A stretch of 44,303 nt of DNA, from NCBI GenBank assembly GCA_964658585.1, contig CAZZZX010000001.1:1-44303 (forward strand), given 5' to 3'. The notes beneath the pieces were generated by a model. That model was not told where the DNA came from and did no database searches. It saw only the letters and a list, made by a program, of their open reading frames with translations. The translations under genes and the position numbers were made by a program. Of this stretch, positions 1 through 9,245 are shown one piece after another. The first letter of the stretch is position 1, and every line of letters starts with the position of its first letter. Source of the DNA: an uncultured Novosphingobium sp. (lineage in GTDB: Bacteria; Pseudomonadota; Alphaproteobacteria; Sphingomonadales; Sphingomonadaceae).

Positions 1-242
1 GCGTTGGTTCGAAGCTGCCACACGGATTCGCGCACATCGCGGGGAAAGGCATCGCGCTTAGCTTCGACCAGCAATTGCATCGGCCGTCCACCCACCACGA
101 TATCGACGAGCGCGTCGGCGCGTCCATTGCGGCCGATCGGAACCTCCCGCGCTCGCAGAATGGCCTGCCCCTCGGGCAATTTGCTGATCGCGGTGACCAA
201 ACTTTCCAGCAACTCGCCTTCTTCAATCTCGAACTTGAGCAT
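1..242 (-). CDS. Partial (5' end) probable type IV TA AbiEi-family antitoxin / PD-(D/E)xK-like protein
   Basis: Not in the ORF track because it runs off the window. Manual translation from ATG 242 gives MLKFEIEEGELLESLVTAISKLPEGQAILRAREVPIGRNGRADALVDIVVGGRPMQLLVEAKRDAFPRDVRESVWQLRTN... The D..LLVEAK...PRDVRE..WQL pattern resembles AbiEi-type antitoxin N-termini. Confidence 0.55.
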   Translation of the reverse strand, partial: MLKFEIEEGELLESLVTAISKLPEGQAILRAREVPIGRNGRADALVDIVVGGRPMQLLVEAKRDAFPRDVRESVWQLRTN

Positions 243-270
243 ATTTGATGTCCAGTGAATATGATCCAAA

Positions 271-286
271 TAGCGAATGTTCGCTA
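271..286. promoter_or_regulatory. Palindrome TAGCGAA-TG-TTCGCTA, candidate operator of the gene starting at 242
   Basis: Perfect 7-bp inverted repeat about 30 bp upstream of ATG 242 in an AT-rich spacer. Confidence 0.35.
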
Positions 287-327
287 ATATGTCCATATTT
301 ACTGCGCAGGGAATTTGGGCAGGACGG

Positions 328-1287
328 TCAGCGTGATCGGTTTCGCTCCGGCGGCTTGTGATCACGTCCTTGCCGAGCTTGCAACACGCGTTCCGCCCCG
401 GGCCCGCGTTGTACGGACGCACCGGTATCGCGAACGACCGCGGGCTGGATCGTCCGACCTGCTGCTACATGGGCATCGAGTTGGGCGCGCGCGACCGTCA
501 TCACCCGCGTCACCGCCTCGGGGTTATCGAACAGGGTCCGCCGGATCACCGCCTCCATGACGCGCATTTGACTATCGACGGCGCGATCGTTGGGCAGCGA
601 ACGTCTATCGACATGCTCACCAAGTTGGCGGGCAGGGGCAGGGGACTCTTCCGATCGCTGCGCCGAAGCCGGGTTGCGGCTTTCAGTGGCATCGCGCGCG
701 ACCATCGGTGCAATCGTGTTCTTGCTCGCGTCGCTGCGCAGCCGGTCGAGTTCCTGCAAATCACGATCATTCGGCTTATAGCCCCGGACTTCGAGCCCCT
801 TTTGGCCCGCCTCCAACCACACCGATCGCCGGAATGCCTCGGTTCCGGTGACATGGATTCTGTCCCACGAACGATGCTGGGCGATGGCGACGAGATCCTT
901 CACCACCTCCTGGCTCTCGGTCGCCGTGACCAGTCGACGCCCCTGATCGCGAAACGCCGGATCCTTCGTTTCCGCTGAGGTAAAGTATGCGGGATCGCCC
1001 GACCATTTCGCCTTGTCGGCATAATAGCGTTTGCGCACCGCCTCGGGCATGTCACCCGCCTCGACCGAGGGAGCTTTCAGCTTCTTGTCGGTCCCGACAT
1101 TGCGCTCCGTGACGCCCGGGTCCTTGGCCCTTCGCTCCACGCCCTTCGATTGCCCGACCGCTTCAGGCTCGGGCATGACGGCTCCAGACGCTACCCTGTT
1201 GCTGCGATCCTTGTCGTCGATGGCGACGCCGTTGGTCCTGCCACGCGGCTTGGTCGCCGGCGCCTTCTCCTTATCGGCCATGGTCAT
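328..1287 (-). CDS. LPD7 (large polyvalent protein-associated domain 7) protein
   Basis: AFRDQGRRLVT...DLVAIAQHRSWDRIHVTGTEAFRRSVWLEA...LEVRGYKP pattern; overlaps the virD4 stop. Confidence 0.75.
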   Translation of the reverse strand: MTMADKEKAPATKPRGRTNGVAIDDKDRSNRVASGAVMPEPEAVGQSKGVERRAKDPGVTERNVGTDKKLKAPSVEAGDMPEAVRKRYYADKAKWSGDPAYFTSAETKDPAFRDQGRRLVTATESQEVVKDLVAIAQHRSWDRIHVTGTEAFRRSVWLEAGQKGLEVRGYKPNDRDLQELDRLRSDASKNTIAPMVARDATESRNPASAQRSEESPAPARQLGEHVDRRSLPNDRAVDSQMRVMEAVIRRTLFDNPEAVTRVMTVARAQLDAHVAAGRTIQPAVVRDTGASVQRGPGAERVLQARQGRDHKPPERNRSR

Positions 1288-3268
1288 GCCTCCCAGTCAC
1301 TAGGTTTTGAGAAAGGTCGCCAGCGTCCTCCGGCTCAATCGCCGCGCGGGCGGTCATCGCCATCACGAAATCGAGTGCCGCCTTCTCGTCGCCGGGCGGC
1401 GGCAACGCCTCAAGCTCACCCAGCACCAGCATGTCATCGGTGATCTCGGCATAGCCGGACAGTTCATCGTCGGTCAGAGTGCGCGTCACGACAGGCTCTT
1501 GCTTTGGTGGTGGCGGCGCGTGCAGGGCGGCGCGCTTCGCTTCAATCGCCTGCGCGAGGATGTCGCTACCGGTCGCTGCGCCTGCCTGTGTCGGGTTGGA
1601 TTTGGGCTCGCGCATCAGGATCAGCCGCGGCGCGACCTTCGGCGGATCGGATATCCTGTCGGTGAAGCGCTTTGACCGGAAATACTCGATCTTGCGCGCG
1701 CGAACCGGCGGAATACCACCACGCAGCAACAACAGATCGCCCTTGGGCATCTGCATCAGCTCTTGCGGCATCATCAATGCACGACGCTGGTCGGACTCCG
1801 AAATGCTGCGATTGGCGAGCATCCCGTGAATCGTGCGGCTCCTTGATTTCACGTTCATCGTGAAGAAGCCGAGCCGTTCGGACAGCTCGTTCGCCACCCG
1901 CAATTCCTTGGGCGTGAACACCACCTCTAGGCCGCAATTGGCGATGATCTCGTCGGTGACGTCGGGGCCGTATATGCCCCGCGGCTGCGACCGGCTCTGG
2001 ATCACCGGCAGCAACCGCAGGCCGTATCCCGCGACATAGGAAAAGGCCGACGCGATCACTGGGGCCTTGCCCAGGCGCGCAAACTCATCGAGCAGGACCA
2101 GAACCGGCACCTGGCCGCCGGTCGCTGGCAGTTCCCGCGTGTTGAGGTCGATCAGTTGCTGGAGGAACAGATTATAGACCGGGGCGATCCGGTCGATATT
2201 GTCCGGCGAGACCCCCAGATAGATCGACATCCGCTCGCGGCGCACCTGCCGCAGATCGAAGTCGGTCTCCGAAGTCGCCGCGTCGACATAGGGGTTGAGC
2301 CACAGATTGAGCTTGGATGTGATGGTCTGCTTGATACCGGAAAACGTGTTGTCCGACGCGGACGTGAAATCGCTCAGTGCCGAAACGCATGCCTGGCTCA
2401 ACCGCTGCCCGCGCTTCTGTGCTTCCTCCACGACCTTGGGCAGTTCGACCTTGGGATCGCCTTCGGTCAGCCGTCGGTAAATCTCGCCGATCGTGAAGGG
2501 CAAGGCAGGGTTGGCCGCAACCAGCGCGCCGACCCCCACAAACGCCGCGCGGGCGGCTTCGGCCCAGAAGGGATCGGACTTTTCAGGCGCGGGGAACAGC
2601 ATCCCGCCAATCTTCTGCAACTCGTTGACCACATCGGTGTCATCGAGCCGGTCAATGAAGCTCAGCGGATTGTAGCGCGCGGTGCGCCCCTCGGGATCGA
2701 GCGGATCGAAGAGATGGACCTTCTGCCCATGCCGCGCCCGGAACCCTGCGGTGATGTCCCAATTCTCGCGCTTTACATCGAGTACAACGACCGAGTCCGC
2801 CCAGCTGAGCAGATTGGGGATCACGACGCCGACACCTTTACCGGCACGGGTCGGTGCTTCGAGCAGAACGTGCTCGGTGCCTCCAAAAACGAGATAGCGG
2901 CCGCCTTTTTGTCCTACGATAATCCCGGACGTGCTGCGCAACTGCTCGCGCCGGATTTCGCCCTCGTTTGCAAAGCGTGCCTCGCCGTGCAGGGAGCGGC
3001 CGCGCTTGAGAATGACAAGCAGGATCACGAACGCGGTGGCGCCGCTGACCAGCGCGCCGCGCTTGAGCCAGAGGTGCAGGAGCGGATCACCGCGATAATA
3101 CCAGAGCCACGCCGGCACGGCCGAGACGTCCATCTGCGGCCCGATCTGTTTGAGGCCGACCAGCGCGACCAGCACGGCGCAGAGCGCGCATGCCAAAAGC
3201 GCCGCTGCAAGAATCCCGGCAATGATCGCGACCTTAGTGAGCGGCCGCGCGTCCGACAGGCGGATCAA
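1271..3268 (-). CDS. virD4: Type IV coupling protein VirD4/TraG
   Basis: N-terminal TM helices, LHGEARFA, Walker A APTRAGKGVG, Walker B LLDEFARLG. Start reassigned to TTG 3268, which has a perfect SD AGGAGGT at 3280-3274. Confidence 0.93.
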   Translation of the reverse strand: MIRLSDARPLTKVAIIAGILAAALLACALCAVLVALVGLKQIGPQMDVSAVPAWLWYYRGDPLLHLWLKRGALVSGATAFVILLVILKRGRSLHGEARFANEGEIRREQLRSTSGIIVGQKGGRYLVFGGTEHVLLEAPTRAGKGVGVVIPNLLSWADSVVVLDVKRENWDITAGFRARHGQKVHLFDPLDPEGRTARYNPLSFIDRLDDTDVVNELQKIGGMLFPAPEKSDPFWAEAARAAFVGVGALVAANPALPFTIGEIYRRLTEGDPKVELPKVVEEAQKRGQRLSQACVSALSDFTSASDNTFSGIKQTITSKLNLWLNPYVDAATSETDFDLRQVRRERMSIYLGVSPDNIDRIAPVYNLFLQQLIDLNTRELPATGGQVPVLVLLDEFARLGKAPVIASAFSYVAGYGLRLLPVIQSRSQPRGIYGPDVTDEIIANCGLEVVFTPKELRVANELSERLGFFTMNVKSRSRTIHGMLANRSISESDQRRALMMPQELMQMPKGDLLLLRGGIPPVRARKIEYFRSKRFTDRISDPPKVAPRLILMREPKSNPTQAGAATGSDILAQAIEAKRAALHAPPPPKQEPVVTRTLTDDELSGYAEITDDMLVLGELEALPPPGDEKAALDFVMAMTARAAIEPEDAGDLSQNLVTGRHDHGR

Positions 3269-4238
3269 AATACACCTCCTCGACTTCGAATTTGCCGGCG
3301 CGCTTGCGCGTCTGGACGACGACATCGACCAGCATGCGGAGCAGGCCACGAATGTCGTCACGGGCGAGATCCCGGCCGCCCTCTGACTCCTTCACCAACA
3401 AGGTCAGCTGTTCGAAAGCGCCCATCGCCGAGCCGGCATGGACCGTCGTAATCGATCCGGGGTGGCCCGAATTCACGTTGCGCAGGTAGAAAAAGGCCGT
3501 CCCGTCGCGCAGCTCCTGCAGCAGGATGCGATCGGGCCGCATCCGCAGCGCGCTTTCGAGCAACTGCTTGGGGCCGACCTTGGCCAGGCCCTGTCGCTCG
3601 CTTGAATAGACCATATGAACGACGTTGCGATGCTCGACGACGAGCTCGCGCGTATCCTCGATCGTCAGCAGCCGTTCGTCGGACGGGATCAGCTGGATCA
3701 GTGCCTTGGCGAACGTGGTCTTGCCCGAACCGGTCGCGCCGCTGACCAGGATATTCTTGCGGGCGGCGACGGCCGTTCGAAAGAAAGCGGGCCAATCGCC
3801 GAGGTCGCGCTGCGCGATAAGCTGCGCATCGACTTCGCCAAGGCCTTGCGCCGCGGCGCGCGTGCCCGCGAACAGACCCGATTGTGCGAGTTGGTCTATC
3901 GCGAGGGTTACGCGCGAAGGCTTGCGGACGGTGAAGGACGGCGCGCCCGTCGGCGTCACCGACGGGATCACGATCTGGCAACGCTCGCCCCCTGGCAGGA
4001 TCGTCGAGCAGATCGGCGTTTCCGCATTCACGTCCTGCCGGGTAAAGCTTGCGGCCGCGACGGCGAGGGTCGCGAGCCATTCGCTGTCGAGTTCGGGGAC
4101 AGTGTGCCAATGCCAGCCCAGATGGTCCTCGATTCCGACCTCGCCGGGCTTGTTGATCACAAGCTCGGTGACCTCGGCCGGCTCGAGCAGCGGCAGGATC
4201 GGCGCGAGATAATGGCGCAGGACCGCGGTGTCGCTCAC
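3234..4238 (-). CDS. virB11: T4SS ATPase VirB11
   Basis: GATGSGKTT Walker A, IEDTRE, LRMRPDRILLQELR, SGHPGSITTVHA. Confidence 0.96.
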   Translation of the reverse strand: MSDTAVLRHYLAPILPLLEPAEVTELVINKPGEVGIEDHLGWHWHTVPELDSEWLATLAVAAASFTRQDVNAETPICSTILPGGERCQIVIPSVTPTGAPSFTVRKPSRVTLAIDQLAQSGLFAGTRAAAQGLGEVDAQLIAQRDLGDWPAFFRTAVAARKNILVSGATGSGKTTFAKALIQLIPSDERLLTIEDTRELVVEHRNVVHMVYSSERQGLAKVGPKQLLESALRMRPDRILLQELRDGTAFFYLRNVNSGHPGSITTVHAGSAMGAFEQLTLLVKESEGGRDLARDDIRGLLRMLVDVVVQTRKRAGKFEVEEVYFDPPVGRAAAH

Positions 4239-4240
4239 GT

Positions 4241-5473
4241 TCAGCGCCGCAGCTCCAGATTGTAGACGTCGGCGAAGTTGAAATCCTTGGCGACGAAGAT
4301 TCCGACCTCTTCGCCCTGGTTCTTCTTCAGAACGGGTCTGATGTTGATGCTGTTCTGTAGCGCGATCCCAGCGCCCTCGCTCGGCGTCCGTGTGGTGTTG
4401 TTGAAGTTGTTGCTGCCACCCGAAACCGATTGCCCCGCGATGTAGGCGGCGTCATCGACCAGCGAGAGCAGCAGCGCACTGCCGAACCGCGCCCAGAAGA
4501 AGGTGTCGACGGATCCGGCGATGCCCGCCCGGCCAAGCGCGTCCGAGCCCGGCGAAGCCAGGTCGATGCGAACCCCCTGCGGCGTTACCGCGCGCGTCCA
4601 GAGCACGAACAGACGGTTCTGCCCTTGCTGGATGCCGCCATGATACTCGCCGAGCACCTTCGTGCCCTTCTCCATCAAGACGACACGGCCATTTTCGGAA
4701 TAGACGTCGCGCGGGATCAGGCAGGATGTGTAGCCGGGTTGGGCCGAATTCATCGCGGTTTGCAGGATGCACGGGATCAACGTGCCGGCGGTGACGAGAT
4801 AGTTGCGATTGGGGAGCATCGCTGCGCGCGCTTCCCCGACGGCCGAGCTCTGCCGCAGCGCATCGAGCGCATTCGGGGTGCCGCGGGCGCCTGGTGCTGC
4901 CTGCCCGTCACCGCCGCCCGCCTCGCTGGGGTCAGCCGGCGCGCCATTGGCAGCGGCCGAACCTGGGATCGGCGCGCGACCGCCATAAGCGATCAATGTC
5001 GATCGCCGCGCCTGGTCTGCCAGGTTCTGGCCTTTGGTCGGTGCGGTCGCCGTCGGCGCGGCCCCAGGCTGCATTGCCGGTACAATCTGACCGTCCGGGC
5101 CGACGTCGCGGGCGCCGGGTGGCGGGTTGATGACGGGCGCATTCGGGTCCGGGACCGCGCCCAGGGGTTTCGGCCGGACCGCGACCGCATCATAGGCAAC
5201 CGTCTCGCGCGCTGCCAGATCGGTGCGTCGGGCGGTAGCCTCGGGCTTTGCCATCAGGTTGCCAGCGGTCTTGCTACCCGTTCCTGAATTTACCCACAGA
5301 ATGCCGAGCACCATCGCGGTGCCGGCAAAGATCAGGGCACCGTTTCGCTTCGCCGGCGTCATGCCACCGATCGGATCGATGCCGCGTTCGCGGACGATCT
5401 CGTCGCGTTCCGGGGTCGGATCACCCTGTGGGCGACGGCGGTCTTCCCGCGCAAATTCGTCCATAGCGCTCAC
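4241..5473 (-). CDS. virB10: T4SS core protein VirB10/TrbI
   Basis: TM helix, Pro-rich linker, GTLIPCILQTA, DALGRAG, FWARFGSALLLS, IFVAKDFNF. Confidence 0.95.
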   Translation of the reverse strand: MSAMDEFAREDRRRPQGDPTPERDEIVRERGIDPIGGMTPAKRNGALIFAGTAMVLGILWVNSGTGSKTAGNLMAKPEATARRTDLAARETVAYDAVAVRPKPLGAVPDPNAPVINPPPGARDVGPDGQIVPAMQPGAAPTATAPTKGQNLADQARRSTLIAYGGRAPIPGSAAANGAPADPSEAGGGDGQAAPGARGTPNALDALRQSSAVGEARAAMLPNRNYLVTAGTLIPCILQTAMNSAQPGYTSCLIPRDVYSENGRVVLMEKGTKVLGEYHGGIQQGQNRLFVLWTRAVTPQGVRIDLASPGSDALGRAGIAGSVDTFFWARFGSALLLSLVDDAAYIAGQSVSGGSNNFNNTTRTPSEGAGIALQNSINIRPVLKKNQGEEVGIFVAKDFNFADVYNLELRR

Positions 5474-6327
5474 TCCTTCGGGTCTTGCATGGTGCGCTCG
5501 ACGTGCGGCGATGCGGTGTTCGTGCCGTGATCGATGCCGTAAGGTGTCGGGGCCAGGTTATAGATGCAGAGCACTTCCCGGTTTCGCCGCAGTCGGAGTT
5601 GGGCTGTGACAATGTGCACGACCACGAACTCGTCCCGAACGTCGAAGGGGACCAGCGTCTCGGTCCCATCTGGTCGCACCATGTAAATGGCTGGGATCTC
5701 GTGATTGCCGGGGAAGCGCAGAACCGTGAACTGGCCATTGTCGGAAATCTCCGATGGCTGCAGATCGCTCGATCCCTGGACCTTGTAGTTCAGATTGCGC
5801 GGACCCTCGATCACGCCATGGTCGAGGGCTCCCCGGACGACGCTTGCCTGCAGCGCTGCCACGCGCTGCGCCTCCCGTGTCGCCTGCATACGCGCCGCGC
5901 GCTCGGCCTCGTCACGCGGATACCGGAAGCGAACCTGAAAATAGGTATTGGCGCTCTTGCTGCTGATCGGTCCTCGACGCGCGGTAAGCTCGAAGGCGTA
6001 GTTGCGGAGCTCACCGCCCCGATTGGTCGTGACGATGAGGTTGGTCGGCCCCGCACGTTCGCGTGGTTTCAGGAACAGGATATGGCCAGCGACAGCAACT
6101 TCCCACGACACCGTGTCGCCGAGCGCCACATGCTCAATCGTCTCATCGGCACCGAGCACGATCTGGGTCGCGGTGCGGAAGGTGCCGACAATCCGGTAGA
6201 CCTGCGTTTCCTGATACTCGACGAACTTTACGCGCGGGTCCGAGGGGCCGCCGCGCGGCGTATCCTCGGCAAGGGCAGGGGCAGCGATCAGCGCGACAGC
6301 GCTTGCGAGGCAAACGAGCCGGTTCAC
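5470..6327 (-). CDS. virB9: T4SS outer-membrane core protein VirB9/TrbG
   Basis: Signal peptide, DPRVKFVEY, LFLKP, TNLIVTT, C-terminal LRRNREVLCIYN; operon position. Confidence 0.93.
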   Translation of the reverse strand: MNRLVCLASAVALIAAPALAEDTPRGGPSDPRVKFVEYQETQVYRIVGTFRTATQIVLGADETIEHVALGDTVSWEVAVAGHILFLKPRERAGPTNLIVTTNRGGELRNYAFELTARRGPISSKSANTYFQVRFRYPRDEAERAARMQATREAQRVAALQASVVRGALDHGVIEGPRNLNYKVQGSSDLQPSEISDNGQFTVLRFPGNHEIPAIYMVRPDGTETLVPFDVRDEFVVVHIVTAQLRLRRNREVLCIYNLAPTPYGIDHGTNTASPHVERTMQDPKE

Positions 6328-7013
6328 CGCACCACCTCCGGGTCGGCCCGGTAGTTCTCGACCTGAAAGCCTAGCGGATTGCGGTAGCGATCCCCTTCGG
6401 CCATCGGCGCGTTCGTATAACGGAACGTCACGGTCGCGATCCAGTCGGTGCTCTGCGTGTCGGTGTCGGTCTGGACCGTGCGCGTGAAGCGCACATTGGC
6501 GACGCGATCGTTGATAAAGGCGATGTTGCGAACGCGTGCCTGGACGGTCGCGCCCTTGCCCCAGACGACCTGCGGGCTGTTTTGATTGTTTGAGCTGAAG
6601 AAGCGGCCCCAGCGCTGCTGTTCGCCAGGCTCGGACAAGATCGTGACCGCTCTGAAATTCTCTTCGGCCGCGGCCGACAGCCAGCTCTCGCGTGCCCTGA
6701 CGTACTGGGCCAGGAAGAATTTCGTCACCGCCTCGTCATAGCGCATCGGCTTTTGGGTGAGCGTGGTCTGGACGTCGACGGCGCCCGTCGTCTGGTTGAC
6801 CCGGATGATATAGGGCATCACCGTCTTGAGCGGAGCAAGCCCGGCGAGAGCGAAGCCCTCGGCCGCTGATACCATCAATGCCAGGGCAGCCACGATCCAC
6901 GCAATGCGTTCGGACCGCAGCGATTTGCGCTGCCGGTCCTGGTCCCAGGACCGCGCCTGACCGAAATAGAGTTCTGCGTCCTTCGCGGGTACGCCCTCGA
7001 CCTGGCTGCGCAT
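6324..7013 (-). CDS. virB8: T4SS inner-membrane protein VirB8
   Basis: Single TM helix, LAPLKTV.PY, YVRARESW, NPLGFQVENYR. Confidence 0.94.
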   Translation of the reverse strand: MRSQVEGVPAKDAELYFGQARSWDQDRQRKSLRSERIAWIVAALALMVSAAEGFALAGLAPLKTVMPYIIRVNQTTGAVDVQTTLTQKPMRYDEAVTKFFLAQYVRARESWLSAAAEENFRAVTILSEPGEQQRWGRFFSSNNQNSPQVVWGKGATVQARVRNIAFINDRVANVRFTRTVQTDTDTQSTDWIATVTFRYTNAPMAEGDRYRNPLGFQVENYRADPEVVR

Positions 7014-7015
7014 GG

Positions 7016-7333
7016 TCAGCAGCTCCCATGATTGCGGGGCGCATCCCGCATGGATGTCTTGTCGGGCGCGGGAACCGGAACCGGTGGCGGCGCTGATGCA
7101 CCTTCGGGCGGTTGCATGACTGGCGGGACAGGCGGCGGGGCAGGGGGCGCTACGACGCCCGGGATCGGCGAGCCGGGTAGGACGCTCCCGTAAATATTCA
7201 CGTAGCGCATGTGCTTCCCGTCACAGACGGGCAGCTTTTTCGGGCCAGAAGCCCCGCTCGACATGGAAGGAAGGATCATCAGCAGTGCGACCGAACTGCG
7301 CAGGATGTAGATCGGCGTTGATGAACTCGTCAT
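7016..7333 (-). CDS. VirB7-position small exported protein (Pro-rich)
   Basis: Lies between virB6 and virB8. ATG 7333 gives 105 aa with a hydrophobic N-terminus, a LPVCDGKHMRYVN VirB7-like motif and a poly-Pro tail. Confidence 0.6.
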   Translation of the reverse strand: MTSSSTPIYILRSSVALLMILPSMSSGASGPKKLPVCDGKHMRYVNIYGSVLPGSPIPGVVAPPAPPPVPPVMQPPEGASAPPPVPVPAPDKTSMRDAPRNHGSC

Positions 7334-7350
7334 GGAATTTTCCCTGGTCA

Positions 7351-8295
7351 TTAGGCGCGGCTGACCGAACCACCGCGAGCGGCGGCACGTTCGAGATTGC
7401 GGCTGTTGCGTGTGGCGCGGGCTTGCTGGAACGGTGCCGCCATGGTTCCCCACGCGGACCCCGCAAAAGCTCCGACCCCGGCCGCAGCGCCGCCGGCGAT
7501 GCCCGTCGCGATCGACGGCGCCTGGAAAAAGAAGATCGTGCCGAGGAAGATATATACCGCGAACAATACAGCGCCGATCGTCACGTCAGGCGTGCCTTCG
7601 GCCGCGGTCAGTGCTGTAGCGCCGAGATCGGTGATCAAGGCCGTGATGGCGATGATCACAGCCATCAGGACGATGTAGTTGAACACCTGGCCCAGCCACC
7701 CGTAGAAGAACCGCCGGGTGGTCTCGAAGAGCGCGAGCGCGATAAAAATCGGCCCGAGCGCGATCACGACGGCGAGCGCCACCTTTGCGAACACGGTGAT
7801 CGCAAACCCGATCGCCGCAGAGAGGCCCGCTAAACCGTAAATCGCTACCGCCAGCGTGAGCAGGACGAGCTTCCAGGGGTTGATGTCGAGATAGGTCGCG
7901 GCTTCCGTCCGGATGATCAGGACGATGGAATCGACCTGCCCGAAATAATCGTCGAACACCGCACCGACGCTGGTGATGGTCTTGCCCGCCAGCGCCTGGG
8001 AGATTGCATCCGGCATCCCGTGAAAAAGCGGGTTCGTGATCCACTCCGAATAAGCGACCGTCGTGGCCGCAACGTAGAGCAGGCACAGCTTCACCATCCG
8101 GTAGACCAGCTCGCCCCAGGGCTCGCTGACGATACCGCGCATCACCATGTACCCGAACAGCGCGATGTAGATGACCAGGCCAAGCGCCAGCGGTCCTCTC
8201 ACGACCTCAATGACGTTGTTGAGACGCTCGTTGAGGAAGAGATCGAGCTTGCCGTCGATGTTGGTGTAAATATCCGCGAAGAGTGTGGACGCCAT
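7351..8295 (-). CDS. virB6: T4SS polytopic membrane protein VirB6/TrbL
   Basis: Multiple TM helices, LGPIFIALALFETTRRFFYGW, QAPSIATGIAGG. Confidence 0.92.
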   Translation of the reverse strand: MASTLFADIYTNIDGKLDLFLNERLNNVIEVVRGPLALGLVIYIALFGYMVMRGIVSEPWGELVYRMVKLCLLYVAATTVAYSEWITNPLFHGMPDAISQALAGKTITSVGAVFDDYFGQVDSIVLIIRTEAATYLDINPWKLVLLTLAVAIYGLAGLSAAIGFAITVFAKVALAVVIALGPIFIALALFETTRRFFYGWLGQVFNYIVLMAVIIAITALITDLGATALTAAEGTPDVTIGAVLFAVYIFLGTIFFFQAPSIATGIAGGAAAGVGAFAGSAWGTMAAPFQQARATRNSRNLERAAARGGSVSRA

Positions 8296-8309
8296 GGCCA
8301 GTTCCTCGC

Positions 8310-8528
8310 TTATTTGTGACCCAGCGAACGCTCGAGCTTGTCAGCGTTCTCGACGTCCTTCGCGTTGCTGCACTCCTGGGCATTATTGTGAGTGCCGTTG
8401 GCGCAGGCGACGAGGATTTCAGCGCGCAGCTTGGGATCGGACTTCAGGTCGGCCTTGCCGACCGACTGCCCGCAACCACTCAGGAGTGTGGCCGTCAGAG
8501 CAGGGAGGAACGCAGCGATCCGCTTCAC
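8310..8528 (-). CDS. Entry-exclusion lipoprotein (EexN-like)
   Basis: Lipobox LSGC, Cys pair C..G....ECSNA, located between virB5 and virB6. Confidence 0.75.
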   Translation of the reverse strand: MKRIAAFLPALTATLLSGCGQSVGKADLKSDPKLRAEILVACANGTHNNAQECSNAKDVENADKLERSLGHK

Positions 8529-9241
8529 GGCCGACTACTCAGGCTCTGCTGAAGTTTGGCGAGGCCGCTTTCATCATCTCGCTGCGAACGCAGTCTCGCC
8601 TCGGCGGCCTGCCGCATCTGAAGCGCCTGAAGCTGGACGGCGTCGTTTTGAATATGTGCGTTTTCGACGCCAATCCGGGCCTGAATGTCCATGACTTCTT
8701 TCGCGTCTGAGGCGCTGTCGAGTGAGGAGCGAAGCTCCTCGAGACCGGTCGTCCGTTGGGCGGTGACCCCGTAAGCCGCTTCGGCGATTGCCGCGTCGCG
8801 GGCGGCCATCTCGCCATTTTGTAAGATGGAATCGCGATTGGATCGCTCGAACGCCGTCGCGCCCGGCCGAAGGTCCGGCAGTTCGACACGATTGCTGCTG
8901 CGAATTCGCGCGGCGGACGAACCCAGGCTCCCCAAGCCTGACATGTCGGACGACATCAATTTCTGTATGTCGCGCGCCTCGCGTGGGAGCAGGTGGCGAA
9001 CGGCGTCAGTATTGAGCGACGACGCGATCTGGTTGACGTTCGTCAGTTTGTTGACGCTGTTGTAGAGTTCAGTTGCCTGCGAAATCTGCTGCTTGCCCTG
9101 CTCGATCATCGACAGCGTGTTTTTCACCGTCGAGAGCGTCTGCAAGAACGTTGCAGTGTCGTGGACGGGTATCCCCTGCGCATAGGCCGGCGCCGACATC
9201 GCACACGCGCCGACGATCGCCAGCGTTCGAATAGCCTTCAT
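8525..9241 (-). CDS. virB5: Minor pilin VirB5
   Basis: Start ATG 9241 (MKAIRTL...), signal peptide then AQGIPVHD, coiled coil, KEVMDIQARI. Confidence 0.9.
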   Translation of the reverse strand: MKAIRTLAIVGACAMSAPAYAQGIPVHDTATFLQTLSTVKNTLSMIEQGKQQISQATELYNSVNKLTNVNQIASSLNTDAVRHLLPREARDIQKLMSSDMSGLGSLGSSAARIRSSNRVELPDLRPGATAFERSNRDSILQNGEMAARDAAIAEAAYGVTAQRTTGLEELRSSLDSASDAKEVMDIQARIGVENAHIQNDAVQLQALQMRQAAEARLRSQRDDESGLAKLQQSLSSRP

Positions 9242-9245
9242 GACC

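Noticed and set aside
279-294. Possible alphaproteobacterial LexA box
   Set aside because: It reads GTTC-N8-GTCC, not GTTC-N7-GTTC
3269-3361. Longer virD4 start from the ORF track (likewise the extended starts for virB5, cap7, the HTH, mdh, tnpR and tnpA)
   Set aside because: The extensions overlap upstream genes or sites; internal starts have better SD sequences or typical N-termini
2156-3451. 431-aa plus-strand ORF
   Set aside because: Antisense shadow of virD4/virB11 in GC-rich DNA, with no recognisable motifs
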